64,000 nt of DNA. Source: Escherichia phage Esco_phi_B-01. Of the stretch, positions 33,101 to 44,305 are shown piece after piece. The notes beneath the pieces are model-generated. The model searched no databases. It saw nothing but the letters and a program-made list of their open reading frames with translations, and had not been told where the DNA came from. The number at the start of each line of letters is the position of its first letter. The stretch's first letter is position 1. Location: sequence record OP292222.1. One strand, written 5' to 3'. A program made the position numbers and the translations under genes.

Positions 33101-33242
33101 TTTCTACACCCGCATCCTTCGTTTGGGCCAGTTCTACGAAATAATAGAAGTTGGCGCCTACGTCATCCCAAAGAATGCTCACATGGTTAGCCGAGAGCTT
33201 ATCAATTCTCAGACTAGTAACATAAGGCGCTTGTACAGACAT
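30147..33242 (-). CDS. 7: Baseplate wedge protein gp7
   Basis: 1031 aa (T4 1032); position. Confidence 0.85.
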   Translation of the reverse strand: MSVQAPYVTSLRIDKLSANHVSILWDDVGANFYYFVELAQTKDAGVEIPDDRLFWRNLGYTPNNEWFEEAFISPNSFYKMRVAVAAQGFEQSEWVYTEEFETFSTNAYTFEHMREFTLSNKFIEEKFTKNNQNYVNFNTDAIMASLMTEDFNFTPAYSHLSSISNYVLKADRFHEIQGSIQAVCKDPKRSILMELGGVLYLLERFQSTAKVSNDKGQNWHYIRLFNDRVGNPVSRTAHYQTETTTYVLGYDQIFYGRKSSDIRWSADDVRFSSQDVTFAKIGSDIDLPFEIEIFGSYAKLPLPISTIAEAMCASDDFIYVAGRDRVYKAKTSEAPIDTDPSSPTYGEKIFESGYSTITGNPKAVCYKLDSIQGHTFALITGEVKEEKMDPTVEANVIDSESKGVYWLDVETDTWTRVFGNTEEERRRIEHGYTSMSTDGEELFFSSSNFRYEVEVDSELPWKYPEIVTSAVKYVKDEQWIHNKHYLMMSFRSNSKSDFKEFKPGRMAYYAEPFFSWSRRDGTRSWITTGDHAMVVYNDALYQKVIDLNSGSSPERIVHEIWNKGFCKVTSPNIEFNGFKKYSSGMMIHKSTGELVGYFEFDYRVRDEVRVIWKPKEIMFTAELQNQEHEIPWAPKEETGEQDPDLKPLLVKMVPDSYLLQDSNFEKFCEYYLQFISDGSGTHYNNLLNLIRNQYPREEDSWEYLWSEIYKRNIYLSKEKRDEVVRFFQARQSDFWSTKGTEASYKFLFKLLYNEDVEIDIESKNSIEYDIIVESDNISEDIVGQTIYTPTGRSNVTYIERNYKDGKLQWRLTIHNLLGRFIVGQEIKSERTSFKGMIVQGVRGKELLSNNIDYINRNRSYYVMTIKSNLPTSRYRNDVLRFVHPVGFGFIGITLLSMFVNVGLTLKHTETIINILKNYKWDSGLPSEWYDRVAVIGFDGNIERDPRTGAPMYNVGPKAGEPFDIPADYDAENDFSVFQGQLPHERIKKHSPLFDQSAVTFANWRALVDKRLKDDIGNPRDPKVPTQVKIND

Positions 33243-33269
33243 TAAATCTCCTTAAACCTCCGAAGAGGC

Positions 33270-35228
33270 TTATATTGTAATTGGTTCCAACTCTATAGTT
33301 GTGTACTGAGGACGAAGGTCATCTTCAAATACGATTAAAGAACCGTCTTTGGTAAAGATGTTGTCTTGGTCTGGTCCTGCATAAAGTTCAATAGACTGGA
33401 CTTCAAAACGGTCGGAAGTAAGGCCTATCGCGGCGATATCCCAGAAAATAAAGTCTGAGTAATAATCAATTTCGCCAATAACATAGTAGACCGATTGGTC
33501 TGCAGGAGCTGCCATTTTATCGAAGTCATCTCCGGTATAAGGTTGGATGTATTGGTTTTCAATTACATCACCTGGACGGAAAGGACCTATAACCATTTTA
33601 CCATCGCCTCGTTCGTCTTTATCTGTGGCAACAATACGTACGTTATAAGATTTAATATCATCCGATACGTTTGTTGGGACGAACTCAAATTCACTAGAAG
33701 TTACAGAACGGTTGGTGTATTGATTATAGTATTTAATACCTGCTTCAGGTGTTTTGAAGAAGTTTAATACCTCGCGAACCATTGTTACCGTAGCCGAAGA
33801 GCCAAGGATACTGTGGTCTGCATTATCAATATAAGTCAGCATTTTAGACTTGGCAAATCCATGGTTGAATATTTCAACTTCGTTAATATAATAACGGTCT
33901 ATTTGAGAAAGGATTTGAGCCGTTAGCCATTGTTCGGATTCCTGTAATTTGTTCAGTGCATATGAAACCTTAATTTTATGCTTTAAGAACAAGTAGTCTG
34001 GAGAAATAACCGAAGGAGTAATAGGCGCCAAGTTAAATTCTGAAAGATAATTTTGGATATCTTCACGTTGAACCGCAGTCAAATACAATCCTGATTTAGG
34101 TTTAATAGTAACAAAGGCGTAACCTGGTTTATTTGGGTCCGTAAAGGTTTGTACTGCTTGTACAATAGAACCAAATCGCTCTGAAACGAATGTATCATAA
34201 TCCGTACCAGTTACGGCACGCATCTGGGCTTCGCGTTTAACTACAGCTAGTTCACGAATACGTTCGATATCTTCAGGGTCACCGCCACCATCAGCACCTA
34301 CATAATCCGGATTCCCATCATAGTTTTCTGTAATTTTTTCAACCGTAATATATGCCAAAGAATCCGCATAACTAAAGTCCACTGCGCCGTTAGCAACTTC
34401 ACCATCGGTACGAAGATATTCTATAACAATGGTAGCATCTTTAACAGGTTTTAAACCGCCAATATAATTAGCTTCTAATACACCGCCCGCAACTGATTTT
34501 TCGGCAACGCCTTCACCAAAGAAGAATTCGGTATTACCATCTACGGTTTCACGCATATAGTAAATGGTTGATGTACTACCGGCATGAACCATGGATTTAT
34601 TAGTCCAGTTAGTCCATTCTGCACCATCGACATAAAGTTTAACTTCTTGTCTATCAATATCCGGGTCACGAATAAGAATAGGGGTTTTAGGGTCGTACTT
34701 AAGTTCGGTACGAATAATACGACCTTGTGCTAAAGATACAATAGGGAGATATTGGTTATTAACATCACGTACGGCAATAACGTTTTCCGTGGTAACAAAA
34801 GCATACGGGTCTGCCGAAGTATCACGAGCATAGGCCAAGAATTTAGTACCACGTGGGATACGAATATTCTTTTCATTCAGGGCCTGAGTACAGGTCAACA
34901 TAATACTTGTTTTTGCCGCGGATTTGGAACTAGGAAGGTATCCGTTATCTTGTGCAGCCTGGACAACCGAAGAACGAAGGTTTGCCGTTCCTATAAAAGA
35001 CTCGTATAAAGCTGTGTTAGCAAATTGCTGTATATAAAGAGTATTATAAGCAAGCATATCAATAAGGATATTCATTCGAGAACCAACGAAATCATAATCC
35101 TTAAATTCTTCCTGGCTGGAAAGCCAATCGATAATATTCTTTTTAATTTCTTCAAACGTAGCTCCCACAAATACTTTTGGGATAGCGTTAACGGTTCTTG
35201 TTAATTGGTAATTCGTAGGAGTAGCCAT
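33270..35228 (-). CDS. 6: Baseplate wedge protein gp6
   Basis: 652 aa (T4 660); position. Confidence 0.85.
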   Translation of the reverse strand: MATPTNYQLTRTVNAIPKVFVGATFEEIKKNIIDWLSSQEEFKDYDFVGSRMNILIDMLAYNTLYIQQFANTALYESFIGTANLRSSVVQAAQDNGYLPSSKSAAKTSIMLTCTQALNEKNIRIPRGTKFLAYARDTSADPYAFVTTENVIAVRDVNNQYLPIVSLAQGRIIRTELKYDPKTPILIRDPDIDRQEVKLYVDGAEWTNWTNKSMVHAGSTSTIYYMRETVDGNTEFFFGEGVAEKSVAGGVLEANYIGGLKPVKDATIVIEYLRTDGEVANGAVDFSYADSLAYITVEKITENYDGNPDYVGADGGGDPEDIERIRELAVVKREAQMRAVTGTDYDTFVSERFGSIVQAVQTFTDPNKPGYAFVTIKPKSGLYLTAVQREDIQNYLSEFNLAPITPSVISPDYLFLKHKIKVSYALNKLQESEQWLTAQILSQIDRYYINEVEIFNHGFAKSKMLTYIDNADHSILGSSATVTMVREVLNFFKTPEAGIKYYNQYTNRSVTSSEFEFVPTNVSDDIKSYNVRIVATDKDERGDGKMVIGPFRPGDVIENQYIQPYTGDDFDKMAAPADQSVYYVIGEIDYYSDFIFWDIAAIGLTSDRFEVQSIELYAGPDQDNIFTKDGSLIVFEDDLRPQYTTIELEPITI

Positions 35229-35236
35229 TTTAATTC

Positions 35237-35530
35237 CTATTTTATGAATACTTTAGATGAGGCTTGTGCGACTGTATCTCCGCACGAAATAGGGTCTGCC
35301 ATTTGGACAGCCTTTTTGCCTGTAACATATACCTTTGATGTTCTAGGTTGGGTTACCCCACCGTGGGTTTTATATGGTTTTTTAATTTCTGTATGAGGAG
35401 TTATTGGGTCCCCATCGACTAATACAGGAATGCCGCCTGTAAATACTTTACCCTGGGTGGCATTTATTACTGTAGGAGGCCATGCTTCATGACCTGCTGT
35501 TACGCATTGATTATAACTTAAGCCCGACAT
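35237..35530 (-). CDS. 5.4: PAAR-repeat spike tip protein gp5.4
   Basis: 97 aa (same as T4 gp5.4); immediately upstream of gene 6. Confidence 0.75.
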   Translation of the reverse strand: MSGLSYNQCVTAGHEAWPPTVINATQGKVFTGGIPVLVDGDPITPHTEIKKPYKTHGGVTQPRTSKVYVTGKKAVQMADPISCGDTVAQASSKVFIK

Positions 35531-36111
35531 TATGGCCTCGCATATACATATTCTCTGAGTTGATTAGCCCATTTACTCCAATTACCCACTATAACCTTGG
35601 TATAAACCTTAGTAAGAGTTTTTCTTACCGGTGCTGGAGGAGGGTCGGTTTCGTTACCGGCTCTAGAATTACTTCCTCCTGAGTTCCCTGTATCACCTCC
35701 TGATGACTCTTCCTGAAAGTCATAGATTAATGTGACGGTATAGGAAAAAGTCTTCTGAAGATTACCAGGGGCTTTCCAGAGGTATAATTGAGTGCTCTTG
35801 TCCTCTGGTAAATCTTTCCATGAACCTGCTGTTTTAAATTCATCACCTAATCGATATTTTAACGCATCTTCAGAAAATCCGAATACCGATTCATAGGTTC
35901 CGTATAAACGAGCCCCATCGACAATAATGCCTTCTGTTGGCTCATATTCTGTTATATTTATTTCAACTAATGTTTCGTTTGTTTCTAATTGAGCGGTAAA
36001 CGTAACATCGATTGAGGCTCCTTCCATGGAGTCTCCTAAATCTGTGCTCATAGGTAAAATATTAGCCAATGTCAATCCTCGAACCATCAATAGTATATTG
36101 ACCGGACGCAA
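35530..36111 (-). CDS. Hypothetical protein between gene 5 and gene 5.4 (gp5.1-like position)
   Basis: 193 aa in track; 5' end overlaps gp5 by about 50 nt so true start may be an internal ATG (about 36051). Confidence 0.55.
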   Translation of the reverse strand: MRPVNILLMVRGLTLANILPMSTDLGDSMEGASIDVTFTAQLETNETLVEINITEYEPTEGIIVDGARLYGTYESVFGFSEDALKYRLGDEFKTAGSWKDLPEDKSTQLYLWKAPGNLQKTFSYTVTLIYDFQEESSGGDTGNSGGSNSRAGNETDPPPAPVRKTLTKVYTKVIVGNWSKWANQLREYVYARP

Positions 36112-37804
36112 TAGAACTCATAGTCGACATAGTTTCAGACCAATTACCCGCAACGGTCATATCGACGTTTCCGTTTACCGACCACTTAACATTTCCATTT
36201 ACTGTATAATCATGGTTGCCTTCGACTAAGGTTTTTGCATCACCTTTAACAGTTATATCGGCATTGCCTTCAACAATAACCGTAACATTTCCTTTAACAA
36301 TAAGGGTCCCGTCGCCTTCTACCGTTTTGGTTTCATTACCACGAATATGGATGCTTTCAGAACCGTCGGTTTGACGACGAACGTTTGCCATATTATAATA
36401 GGTTTCATCGCCACCTATATTGACTTTATTATTACCACCAACATAAGTATTAGAATCGCCTTGGGTCATATAATACCCGTCGGCTACTGTCTTAGAAGTT
36501 TTACGTCCGTCAGGAGCGACTTCTTCGTAACTACCTGTAGGGTGGATTAATCGGTAACGTTCTTGCCCTGGGGTGTTATCGAATTCTTGGATATGCCCAC
36601 CTTCAGTTTGCATGGTTTGGACATATGGGTATTCGCCTTTATAACTAGAATCCGGCTCTTTAAAAAGAATCCTTGTATCTTCCGGAGTCCACGGGTCGGC
36701 AGGGTCAGAATTTGTAGGGGCTGCAAAGGTTTGAATCATCCTATAAGAACGGCCATTAAATTCTCTTTCTTTAGGGGCCATAATACCGTATGATTCCATA
36801 TTACCTGTAAGGATAATCATTGATACCCTTGATGCTCGGCCTTTAGTTTGGTTGAACCATACTGAATTGCGAGCTTCCTCAAATGCCTTTTTATAATCAC
36901 CTATTAGCATTGCACTGAGCATACCACGGAATTTAGCAAGCCCACCTAAACCCATTTGGAAGGCCATGTTTTCAAGAGCCATTTGTCTTGAACGGTTTTC
37001 TTTATTGTAAACAGGACCTACAACACTATGCCTGCCTATATCGTTTTGAACTTTTTTAAGGTCTTCTTGGAATAATTTAGAGGCCTCGTCCATTGATATT
37101 GCACCCGGGTTTCCTTTAACTTCACGACCTATTTGATTAGATAATATTTTGTTTATCTGATTCATATCTCTAATAGGTTGTGGTGTAATAAGGTGACCTA
37201 TACCAATAGTAGGGTATCCTTCGGTATCCCAATATACCTTCAGACGAAGACCCTCATCACGATGAAGCATGTTTTCTATTGTGAAATTAGGATTATCATC
37301 AGGCTTAACTTGGCTTAAATCTAATCCATCCGGATTAATACCTACATCAGTGTTTGCATCTTGTATTACGTTAGAAGTGGCATCATATCCAACTTCACCA
37401 CCTCGGTTTAGTGCAGCGGCATCATTACCTAAATAAAGTGGATACTGCCCTGTAGGGTCACTAAAACCTTCGTTTGGATTTGCCTTTTGTTTTGAAGCCG
37501 AACCATATGTGCCGAGGACAAGCCCGTTTAATTTCCACTTATCAAGAAAGTGTCCGTAAACTTGTGTACCTGGGACCATACCAGTCATAGCGGTTTGGAT
37601 ACCTGAAACAGAGGCGGAAGATGTAGGCATTAATACCGACATCCATGGTAAATCTTCTGTACGAAGGCCTTTTACAGGACCTTGTACTTTTTCATATGGA
37701 TGCATACCCCAGACGCGTACGCGTACTCGGCCCTGTTTGAGTGGGTCCATTCGGTCTTCAACTACACCGACGAACCAACTTAAATTATCAGACATGTTAA
37801 TCAT
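36062..37804 (-). CDS. 5: Baseplate hub / tail lysozyme gp5
   Basis: 580 aa (T4 575); internal lysozyme domain LHRDEGLRLKVYWDTEGYPTIGIGHLI; C-terminal beta-helix repeats (VxGN pattern). Confidence 0.9.
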   Translation of the reverse strand: MINMSDNLSWFVGVVEDRMDPLKQGRVRVRVWGMHPYEKVQGPVKGLRTEDLPWMSVLMPTSSASVSGIQTAMTGMVPGTQVYGHFLDKWKLNGLVLGTYGSASKQKANPNEGFSDPTGQYPLYLGNDAAALNRGGEVGYDATSNVIQDANTDVGINPDGLDLSQVKPDDNPNFTIENMLHRDEGLRLKVYWDTEGYPTIGIGHLITPQPIRDMNQINKILSNQIGREVKGNPGAISMDEASKLFQEDLKKVQNDIGRHSVVGPVYNKENRSRQMALENMAFQMGLGGLAKFRGMLSAMLIGDYKKAFEEARNSVWFNQTKGRASRVSMIILTGNMESYGIMAPKEREFNGRSYRMIQTFAAPTNSDPADPWTPEDTRILFKEPDSSYKGEYPYVQTMQTEGGHIQEFDNTPGQERYRLIHPTGSYEEVAPDGRKTSKTVADGYYMTQGDSNTYVGGNNKVNIGGDETYYNMANVRRQTDGSESIHIRGNETKTVEGDGTLIVKGNVTVIVEGNADITVKGDAKTLVEGNHDYTVNGNVKWSVNGNVDMTVAGNWSETMSTMSSIASGQYTIDGSRIDIG

Positions 37805-38406
37805 TAGAGGGCTTTCTCCATTTCACGAATAAGAGCAGAAATAAAAGACTCAATATCATTAGGGTCTATAATTTTTATTTCGCGCTTATATTCATTTTTG
37901 CGAATAGCATCCTCGTAAATATCTACTGCGGCCAATGGGCCTTCGTATTGAGGATAACGTTTTTCTGTATCGCCTTTATCATACCAAGTATACGGATTTT
38001 CTGGTGTGTTGACAAGATTCCAGAATTTCTCGCCTTTTTCGTTTACATGGTAAAGGACCTGGTTTCCACCAGCTGTAGAATATCTTTGGATGGCTGCTTG
38101 GTAGGCGGCTTCTTGGCCGGTAATCCATCCATAATACGGGTCGTATATATTATTACACATCAGTAGAACCCAATATAATTGGACATTGCCATAAAGAAGA
38201 TGGGCTAATTCTTCCGGACGCGGGGCTCCATTGATATAATAAGTTTTTAGTGTATAATTTTTAGCCACTCTATCAAAGTATTCTTTATAATTTCTAAATA
38301 TATCAGTCATCGGCACGCTCAATACATCGGCATTTGTTAATGAGCCCGAATCTGGCTTGACTGTTTTTGATTCGTAATCGATAGGATCGAAAAATGAGAA
38401 GAGCAT
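37804..38406 (-). CDS. 53: Baseplate wedge protein gp53
   Basis: 200 aa (T4 196); upstream of gene 5. Confidence 0.75.
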   Translation of the reverse strand: MLFSFFDPIDYESKTVKPDSGSLTNADVLSVPMTDIFRNYKEYFDRVAKNYTLKTYYINGAPRPEELAHLLYGNVQLYWVLLMCNNIYDPYYGWITGQEAAYQAAIQRYSTAGGNQVLYHVNEKGEKFWNLVNTPENPYTWYDKGDTEKRYPQYEGPLAAVDIYEDAIRKNEYKREIKIIDPNDIESFISALIREMEKAL

Positions 38407-38418
38407 AGGGCCTCCGAG

Positions 38419-38426
38419 TATAAATA
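38419..38426 (+). promoter_or_regulatory. Late promoter TATAAATA for gene 4
   Basis: Exact TATAAATA 27 nt upstream of ATG 38453. Confidence 0.45.
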
Positions 38427-38433
38427 ATATTAA

Positions 38434-38441
38434 TATTTATA
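38434..38441 (-). promoter_or_regulatory. Late promoter TATAAATA (minus) for gene 53
   Basis: Reverse complement of tatttata; divergent with the gene 4 promoter. Confidence 0.45.
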
Positions 38442-38452
38442 AGGAGGCAACT

Positions 38453-38902
38453 ATGGCTTACTCAGGGAAATTTAAACCTACCAACTTACAAAAATATAAA
38501 GGTGACTGGAAGAAAATCCAATATCGTTCCTCATGGGAAGCATGGCTCATGCGTTGGCTTGACAACCATCCTAACGTAGTCCAATGGAACTCTGAAGAGG
38601 TAGTTATTCCGTATTTTAGTAATGCAGATGGAAAGAAACGTCGATATTTTATGGACTTCTGGGTTAAGTTTGATAATGGCCAACAATTCTTTTTTGAAGT
38701 CAAACCTTTTAAAGAAACCCATCCTCCAGCGGCTCCTGCTAAAATGACTACAGCTGCTAAAAAAAGATATATCAACGAACATTATACATGGAGTGTAAAT
38801 AAAGATAAATGGAAAGCTGCTAAAGCTACAGCAGATAAAATGGGAATCAATTTTAGATTGATAACTGAAAACTCACTGAAAAAATTAGGATGGAAAGGAT
38901 GA
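38453..38902 (+). CDS. 4: Head completion protein gp4
   Basis: 149 aa (T4 150); AGGAGG RBS; position. Confidence 0.7.
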   Translation: MAYSGKFKPTNLQKYKGDWKKIQYRSSWEAWLMRWLDNHPNVVQWNSEEVVIPYFSNADGKKRRYFMDFWVKFDNGQQFFFEVKPFKETHPPAAPAKMTTAAKKRYINEHYTWSVNKDKWKAAKATADKMGINFRLITENSLKKLGWKG

Positions 38903-39726
38903 GTATATTTTCCTACATCAATGAGGCTACTGAAACCACAAAAGGTTCTAAGCCTACTCGTTCAGAACAACAATGGATAGCTTTAGGTGTTGAATATGCC
39001 AAAGCTAAGGCCAAAGGTGTCTCGGCTAAGAAATTCGCTGAAGATAAAGGCATTAAGTATTCTAGCTTTACATCTGCGATGTCTCGATACTCGAGTCGAA
39101 TTAAAACTGCTGTACAGGTCGAAAAACTCCAGAAGAAACCTGGCAATAAATTGACCAAAGCCGAACGCCAATTAATTTTGGTGAATAGTTTTAGAAAGAG
39201 TATTCGTGATAAGATTGCTAACGAAGGCGCTGCTGTAAACAATAAATCAGCTAAATGGTTTACAGAAACATTAAAGAAAGGAATTCGTGGACACCAGGTA
39301 TCTAAACCATCTCCTGGCAAGCTTTATGCTTATATCTATGATGCTAAACACAAGGACACATTACCCTACTGGGACAAATATCCTTTAATCATTTATCTTG
39401 GACTTGGTAAGCATAATCTGATGTACGGGTTGAACTTACACTATATTCCGCCTAAAGCGCGCCAACAATTTCTAGAAGAATTGCTGAAGCAATACGCGAG
39501 TACGCCTACCATTACAAACTCGACTAAATTAAAAATCGATTGGAGTAAGGTAAAAGGATTCGCTGGCGCCGACGTGATGATTAAGGCTTATATCCCTGGA
39601 AATATCAAGGGTCCTTTAGTAGAGATAAAACCTTCTGATTGGGCTAATGTCGTAATGATGCCTCTCCAGCAGTTCATGTCTAAAGGTAAGCGTTACTCAG
39701 CTCAGAAAGTATGGAAGAACGCATAA
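38890..39726 (+). CDS. 2: DNA end protector protein gp2
   Basis: 278 aa (T4 274); overlaps gp4 stop; position. Confidence 0.7.
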   Translation: MERMSIFSYINEATETTKGSKPTRSEQQWIALGVEYAKAKAKGVSAKKFAEDKGIKYSSFTSAMSRYSSRIKTAVQVEKLQKKPGNKLTKAERQLILVNSFRKSIRDKIANEGAAVNNKSAKWFTETLKKGIRGHQVSKPSPGKLYAYIYDAKHKDTLPYWDKYPLIIYLGLGKHNLMYGLNLHYIPPKARQQFLEELLKQYASTPTITNSTKLKIDWSKVKGFAGADVMIKAYIPGNIKGPLVEIKPSDWANVVMMPLQQFMSKGKRYSAQKVWKNA

Positions 39727-39811
39727 TAATCTATTATACCAGCCAGTTATTGAATGGAACAGACCTAGGACCATTATACACTGTCTGGGACTTAAGCAAT
39801 ATAGGAATCCT

Positions 39812-40402
39812 ATGAACGGTTTATTTAACCAAACTAACACTACCAACTTTATCTTAGAGGTTAGTGACTCAGGAATGACGCAGTCATTCAAATTGAACGT
39901 GCAAGATGTAACACTACCAGGTATCCATATTCCTATCTCAGACGTCCCAGGATCGACCCAGGGCATACATCGTGCTAAACTGCCAGGTTCTACTGTAGAA
40001 TTCGACCCTTTGATTGTGAACTTTCTTGTAGACCGCGAATTGAAATCATGGCTGGATGTTTATAAATGGATGCTATCATTAAACAACTATGTAACACATG
40101 AATCTGAAGCCTGGCATCCTAAAGGTCAGCCTGAGGCTATCACCCTCCACATTCTTGATAACAACAAACAGAAAATCGTAATGAGCATTCATTACTACGG
40201 CGGTTGGCCATCCGACCTTTCAGAGATTCAGTACTCTTATAAAGAAGATTCCGACCCTGCGATAATCGCTACAGCAACCTTCAACTTCAAATCGTTTGCT
40301 GTAGAAATAGATGGTACAATAGTTACAGGTCGTCCACAAATTGATTCGTATGCCGAACAACGTGTGGCTCGTATGTCTATGCATCCATCTATGAGAAAAT
40401 AA
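39812..40402 (+). CDS. 3: Tail completion / sheath stabilizer gp3 (start may be internal ATG 39875)
   Basis: 196 aa by longest ORF, 175 aa from second ATG (T4 176); position. Confidence 0.55.
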   Translation: MNGLFNQTNTTNFILEVSDSGMTQSFKLNVQDVTLPGIHIPISDVPGSTQGIHRAKLPGSTVEFDPLIVNFLVDRELKSWLDVYKWMLSLNNYVTHESEAWHPKGQPEAITLHILDNNKQKIVMSIHYYGGWPSDLSEIQYSYKEDSDPAIIATATFNFKSFAVEIDGTIVTGRPQIDSYAEQRVARMSMHPSMRK

Positions 40403-41155
40403 TGAAACTAATATCAATTGTAGGAATCAAACGTAGCGGTAAGGATACCGTTGCTAACTATGTAATTGAGAATATGGATTCCGTAAAATTCCAACTCGCT
40501 GGTCCTATTAAAAAGTATCTGGCTGAAGCTTATGAATACATATCTGATGACCCTGTATTCGACCGTAGTTATATGCCTAAACTTGATTTTAACTGTTTTG
40601 AAGGTATCGGTTACGACCGTGAAGAAATCCTTCCTTTAAAATCATATGATGTGGTTGATATTTTTGAAAATGCTATTGTTAAGCTGAATAATATCCTTCC
40701 TATTCCAGGAATTGATGTTCGTACCGCATATCATTATGGTCTTACCCCGGTCCAGTATCTGTCTGAAGAAACAAAAGACCAGCTATTTGAAGTAATAAAT
40801 AAAAATAACAATTGGTCAGTACGTCGTCTCATGCAGACCCTTGGGACTGATATTATTGTTAACCAATTTGATAAGATGTATTGGGTTAAGTTGTTCGCTT
40901 TAGACTATTTTGATAAAATATACTCTGATGCGAAATACTATGTCGTACCTGATGTTCGTCAAACACATGAAATTGATTCGCTCAGAGCGATGGGTGCTAC
41001 GATTATTCATGTAGTTCGCGCTGAAACCGGTCAAGTACAAGACTCGCACATCACTGAAGCGGGTCTACCAATTTTACCTGGTGACGTTGTTGTTGAAAAT
41101 AACGGCACTCTTTCTGAACTATACACTACTATTGATAAATTATTAGGAAATAAAA

Positions 41156-41163
<8 letters not shown>
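40402..41163 (+). CDS. 1: Deoxynucleoside monophosphate kinase gp1
   Basis: 253 aa; N-terminal P-loop GIKRSGKDT; position upstream of 57A. Confidence 0.85.
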
Positions 41164-42062
<899 letters not shown>

Positions 42063-42080
42063 TTTAAACTAAGGAACAAA

Positions 42081-42335
42081 ATGAAAACTTACTCTGAATT
42101 TTCTGAAAAATCTCTAACTGAATCCTCACATGGTATGGAAGTAAAACTTGGTACGGCTTTGGCTGAAGCCGAACGTTTGTTCGCGCGTATTAAAGAACTT
42201 GCTGATTCTGTTGACCCGGGTTCCTTTAAAGGTGACCAGACTAAAGTTAAAGCTCTTTTGGCTCTGTGTTCTGATGCCGGTGAAATTGCTAAGAATGGCT
42301 CTAAGATGAAGAAACGTCTGGAAGACCTAAAATAA
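42081..42335 (+). CDS. Internal (capsid-targeted) protein, CTS-bearing
   Basis: 84 aa; N-terminal MKTYSEFSEKSLTE. Confidence 0.6.
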   Translation: MKTYSEFSEKSLTESSHGMEVKLGTALAEAERLFARIKELADSVDPGSFKGDQTKVKALLALCSDAGEIAKNGSKMKKRLEDLK

Positions 42336-42347
42336 TTTAAAAAAGAT

Positions 42348-42395
42348 GTTTACAAGGTCTATAGGCATGATACTATAGACCTATCAAAACAAACT
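42348..42395 (+). promoter_or_regulatory. PeSL-type early promoter
   Basis: GTTTAC, 17 bp, TACTAT, AGACCTATCAAAAC; palindrome ggtctatag/ctatagacc spans the -10. Confidence 0.55.
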
Positions 42396-42413
42396 AACCA
42401 CATGGAACCCAAA

Positions 42414-42638
42414 ATGAAAACTTATCAAGAATTTATTACAGAAGCTAAAAAGCACGAAGACCAGCTGCCGGTTGTTACAAAAACCTTTGATGGTACACTG
42501 GCCGATTTTAAAAAAATCCCTAGTGATAAACTTGCTAAATTGACCGGAAGCATCAGCGAAAAAGATGGCAAGGTTACGTTTTCTGCCCAAGGCACCGCCA
42601 ATCTTAAAAAACTTTTGAAAGCCGCTGGTGCAGAATAA
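42414..42638 (+). CDS. Internal (capsid-targeted) protein, CTS-bearing
   Basis: 74 aa from MKTYQEFITEA (track ORF starts 12 nt earlier). Confidence 0.6.
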   Translation: MKTYQEFITEAKKHEDQLPVVTKTFDGTLADFKKIPSDKLAKLTGSISEKDGKVTFSAQGTANLKKLLKAAGAE

Positions 42639-42646
42639 AAATAATT

Positions 42647-42700
42647 GTTTACAACGGGCCTTAGTGATGATACTATAGCCCTATCAAAACAAATGAGTGA
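42647..42700 (+). promoter_or_regulatory. PeSL-type early promoter
   Basis: GTTTAC, 18 bp, TACTAT, AGCCCTATCAAAAC. Confidence 0.55.
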
Positions 42701-42712
42701 TTGGAGAATAAA

Positions 42713-42898
42713 ATGAAACGATGCGAATTAATTAGAAATGTTACTGCACTGGCCGCCGTTACTGCTTTTGGCTTTAGTATGTTTGCAGGATTCATGTTGG
42801 ATTTGCTTACAACTTCCGAGAATACAATCTCTTTAGTAGTGGCATTCTTAATTGGTTCAATCTCTTTCGTTATGGATAAAATCTCTAAAGGTGAATAA
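42713..42898 (+). CDS. Small membrane protein (two predicted TM helices)
   Basis: 61 aa from ATG 42713 with GGAGA RBS; hydrophobic segments. Confidence 0.5.
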   Translation: MKRCELIRNVTALAAVTAFGFSMFAGFMLDLLTTSENTISLVVAFLIGSISFVMDKISKGE

Positions 42899-43299
42899 TG
42901 AACGTTGAATATTATGTATATGCGGATTACGAAAATAATCCGTCTAAAGATGAAGATAACCGTTTAGGTGTGGATGCTTTTGAATCCCCTGCAGCGGCAT
43001 GGCAATGGGTTGAAAGAACTGATATTCCTTACCGTTATATTGAAGTGGTCGACCACGCAGGAAACAAGTATCCAAAGGAAGCCTATATCCCTTCTGGGAA
43101 GGTAAATTTCCTTTTGTTCGCGGGTGATAATTATTATCCACGTGGCGGGTATACCGATTTAATCGCTAAGGCATTTTCTGAAGACGAACTACGTAATATC
43201 ATTAAAGAAAACGAGAATAAGCCTCTTTACGGTTCTAATCGTTTTGGCTGGTGGCAGATTGTTAATGCCAATACCCACACTATTGTAGACGAGGGTTAA
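42898..43299 (+). CDS. Hypothetical protein
   Basis: 133 aa; ATGA overlap with upstream gene. Confidence 0.5.
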   Translation: MNVEYYVYADYENNPSKDEDNRLGVDAFESPAAAWQWVERTDIPYRYIEVVDHAGNKYPKEAYIPSGKVNFLLFAGDNYYPRGGYTDLIAKAFSEDELRNIIKENENKPLYGSNRFGWWQIVNANTHTIVDEG

Positions 43300-43590
43300 A
43301 TGTTATACGTTAAGGTTACTAATCCAGAGAATGGCTATAAATCCGATCAGGTTGCAGCTGAGTTGTTGATTCGAAATTACGGCAAAGATGCTGTGCTTGA
43401 TGTTCAACAGGTTAATATTGGCCGTAGTTCAAGCGATGTTAAACTCAAAGTTAACAGCCAACGCTATAATTCTGTTAACTTTACTTTTTATACGGCAAAT
43501 GAAAATGGGTTGGTCGAATATGACATCTTTAAAAATCCTTTGAAAATTGCTTCTATTAAACTTGATTACATTAATATGTGGCCACAATGA
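43300..43590 (+). CDS. Hypothetical protein
   Basis: 96 aa; tightly packed. Confidence 0.5.
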   Translation: MLYVKVTNPENGYKSDQVAAELLIRNYGKDAVLDVQQVNIGRSSSDVKLKVNSQRYNSVNFTFYTANENGLVEYDIFKNPLKIASIKLDYINMWPQ

Positions 43591-44063
43591 ATATTAAATT
43601 CGGACAAATTATCCCTAAAGGTTATGCAATTGAAATTGAAACCTGGGAAAATGATGGCGATAACTATAAAACCCAGACTGTATTTGGCGTAGAAGAACAT
43701 GAAATCCAACAGTACAAATATATCCTAGAACTTTTCCATGGTTCGCATTGCAACAACCCGGATAAATGCGGTAATTCGGAATGGGACGTAGTTAAGCATT
43801 TGGTTATTGCTCACATTGAATCTGGTGTAAAATCAGGCCAATTGACTCCTGAATTTTTAGATAAAGTCCTCGGTATCCAAGACTTGGAAGCCTTGCTGAA
43901 CGATGACGAAGAAGAATACTACTTGAATGAAGCCCTTACTGAGCTCCTTGGTATGGCTTGTGAATATGGTGGCGATTTTATCCGTGCAATTTCTTATGTC
44001 AAGCTGTATATCATTGAAGAAGAAATTAAAATCCCTGATGTGAAAGCACTTGATATGCTTTAA
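43587..44063 (+). CDS. Hypothetical protein
   Basis: 158 aa from ATG 43587 overlapping upstream stop (ATGA). Confidence 0.5.
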   Translation: MNIKFGQIIPKGYAIEIETWENDGDNYKTQTVFGVEEHEIQQYKYILELFHGSHCNNPDKCGNSEWDVVKHLVIAHIESGVKSGQLTPEFLDKVLGIQDLEALLNDDEEEYYLNEALTELLGMACEYGGDFIRAISYVKLYIIEEEIKIPDVKALDML

Positions 44064-44148
44064 GAATTATGTGATAATATTACTCTATCATTAATACCCT
44101 CTATTACCAAAGGTTCTTCCCTCAAAGAGCCTTTCATAATAGAATTAA

Positions 44149-44222
44149 GGCCCTGTAGCTGGACGGTCAAGCGAGCGACTCATAATCGCTGGATGGTGGT
44201 TCGATTCCACCCAGGGCCACCA
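44149..44222 (+). tRNA. tRNA with CAU anticodon (Met or lysidine-modified Ile)
   Basis: Hand-folded cloverleaf: acceptor ggccctg/cagggcc, anticodon stem agcga/tcgct, loop cuCAUaa, T-arm ggtgg-ttcgatt-ccacc, encoded CCA. Confidence 0.8.
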
Positions 44223-44226
44223 ATTT

Positions 44227-44301
44227 GGATGTGTAGCTCAGTGGTAGAGCAGTTGACTGTTAATCAATTGGTCCATGGTTCGAATCCATGCATGTCCGCC
44301 A
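44227..44301 (+). tRNA. tRNA-Asn (GUU)
   Basis: D-arm gctc-agtggta-gagc, anticodon loop cuGUUaa, T-arm catgg-ttcgaat-ccatg, 7-bp acceptor with two G-U pairs, encoded CCA. Confidence 0.8.
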
Positions 44302-44305
44302 AATA

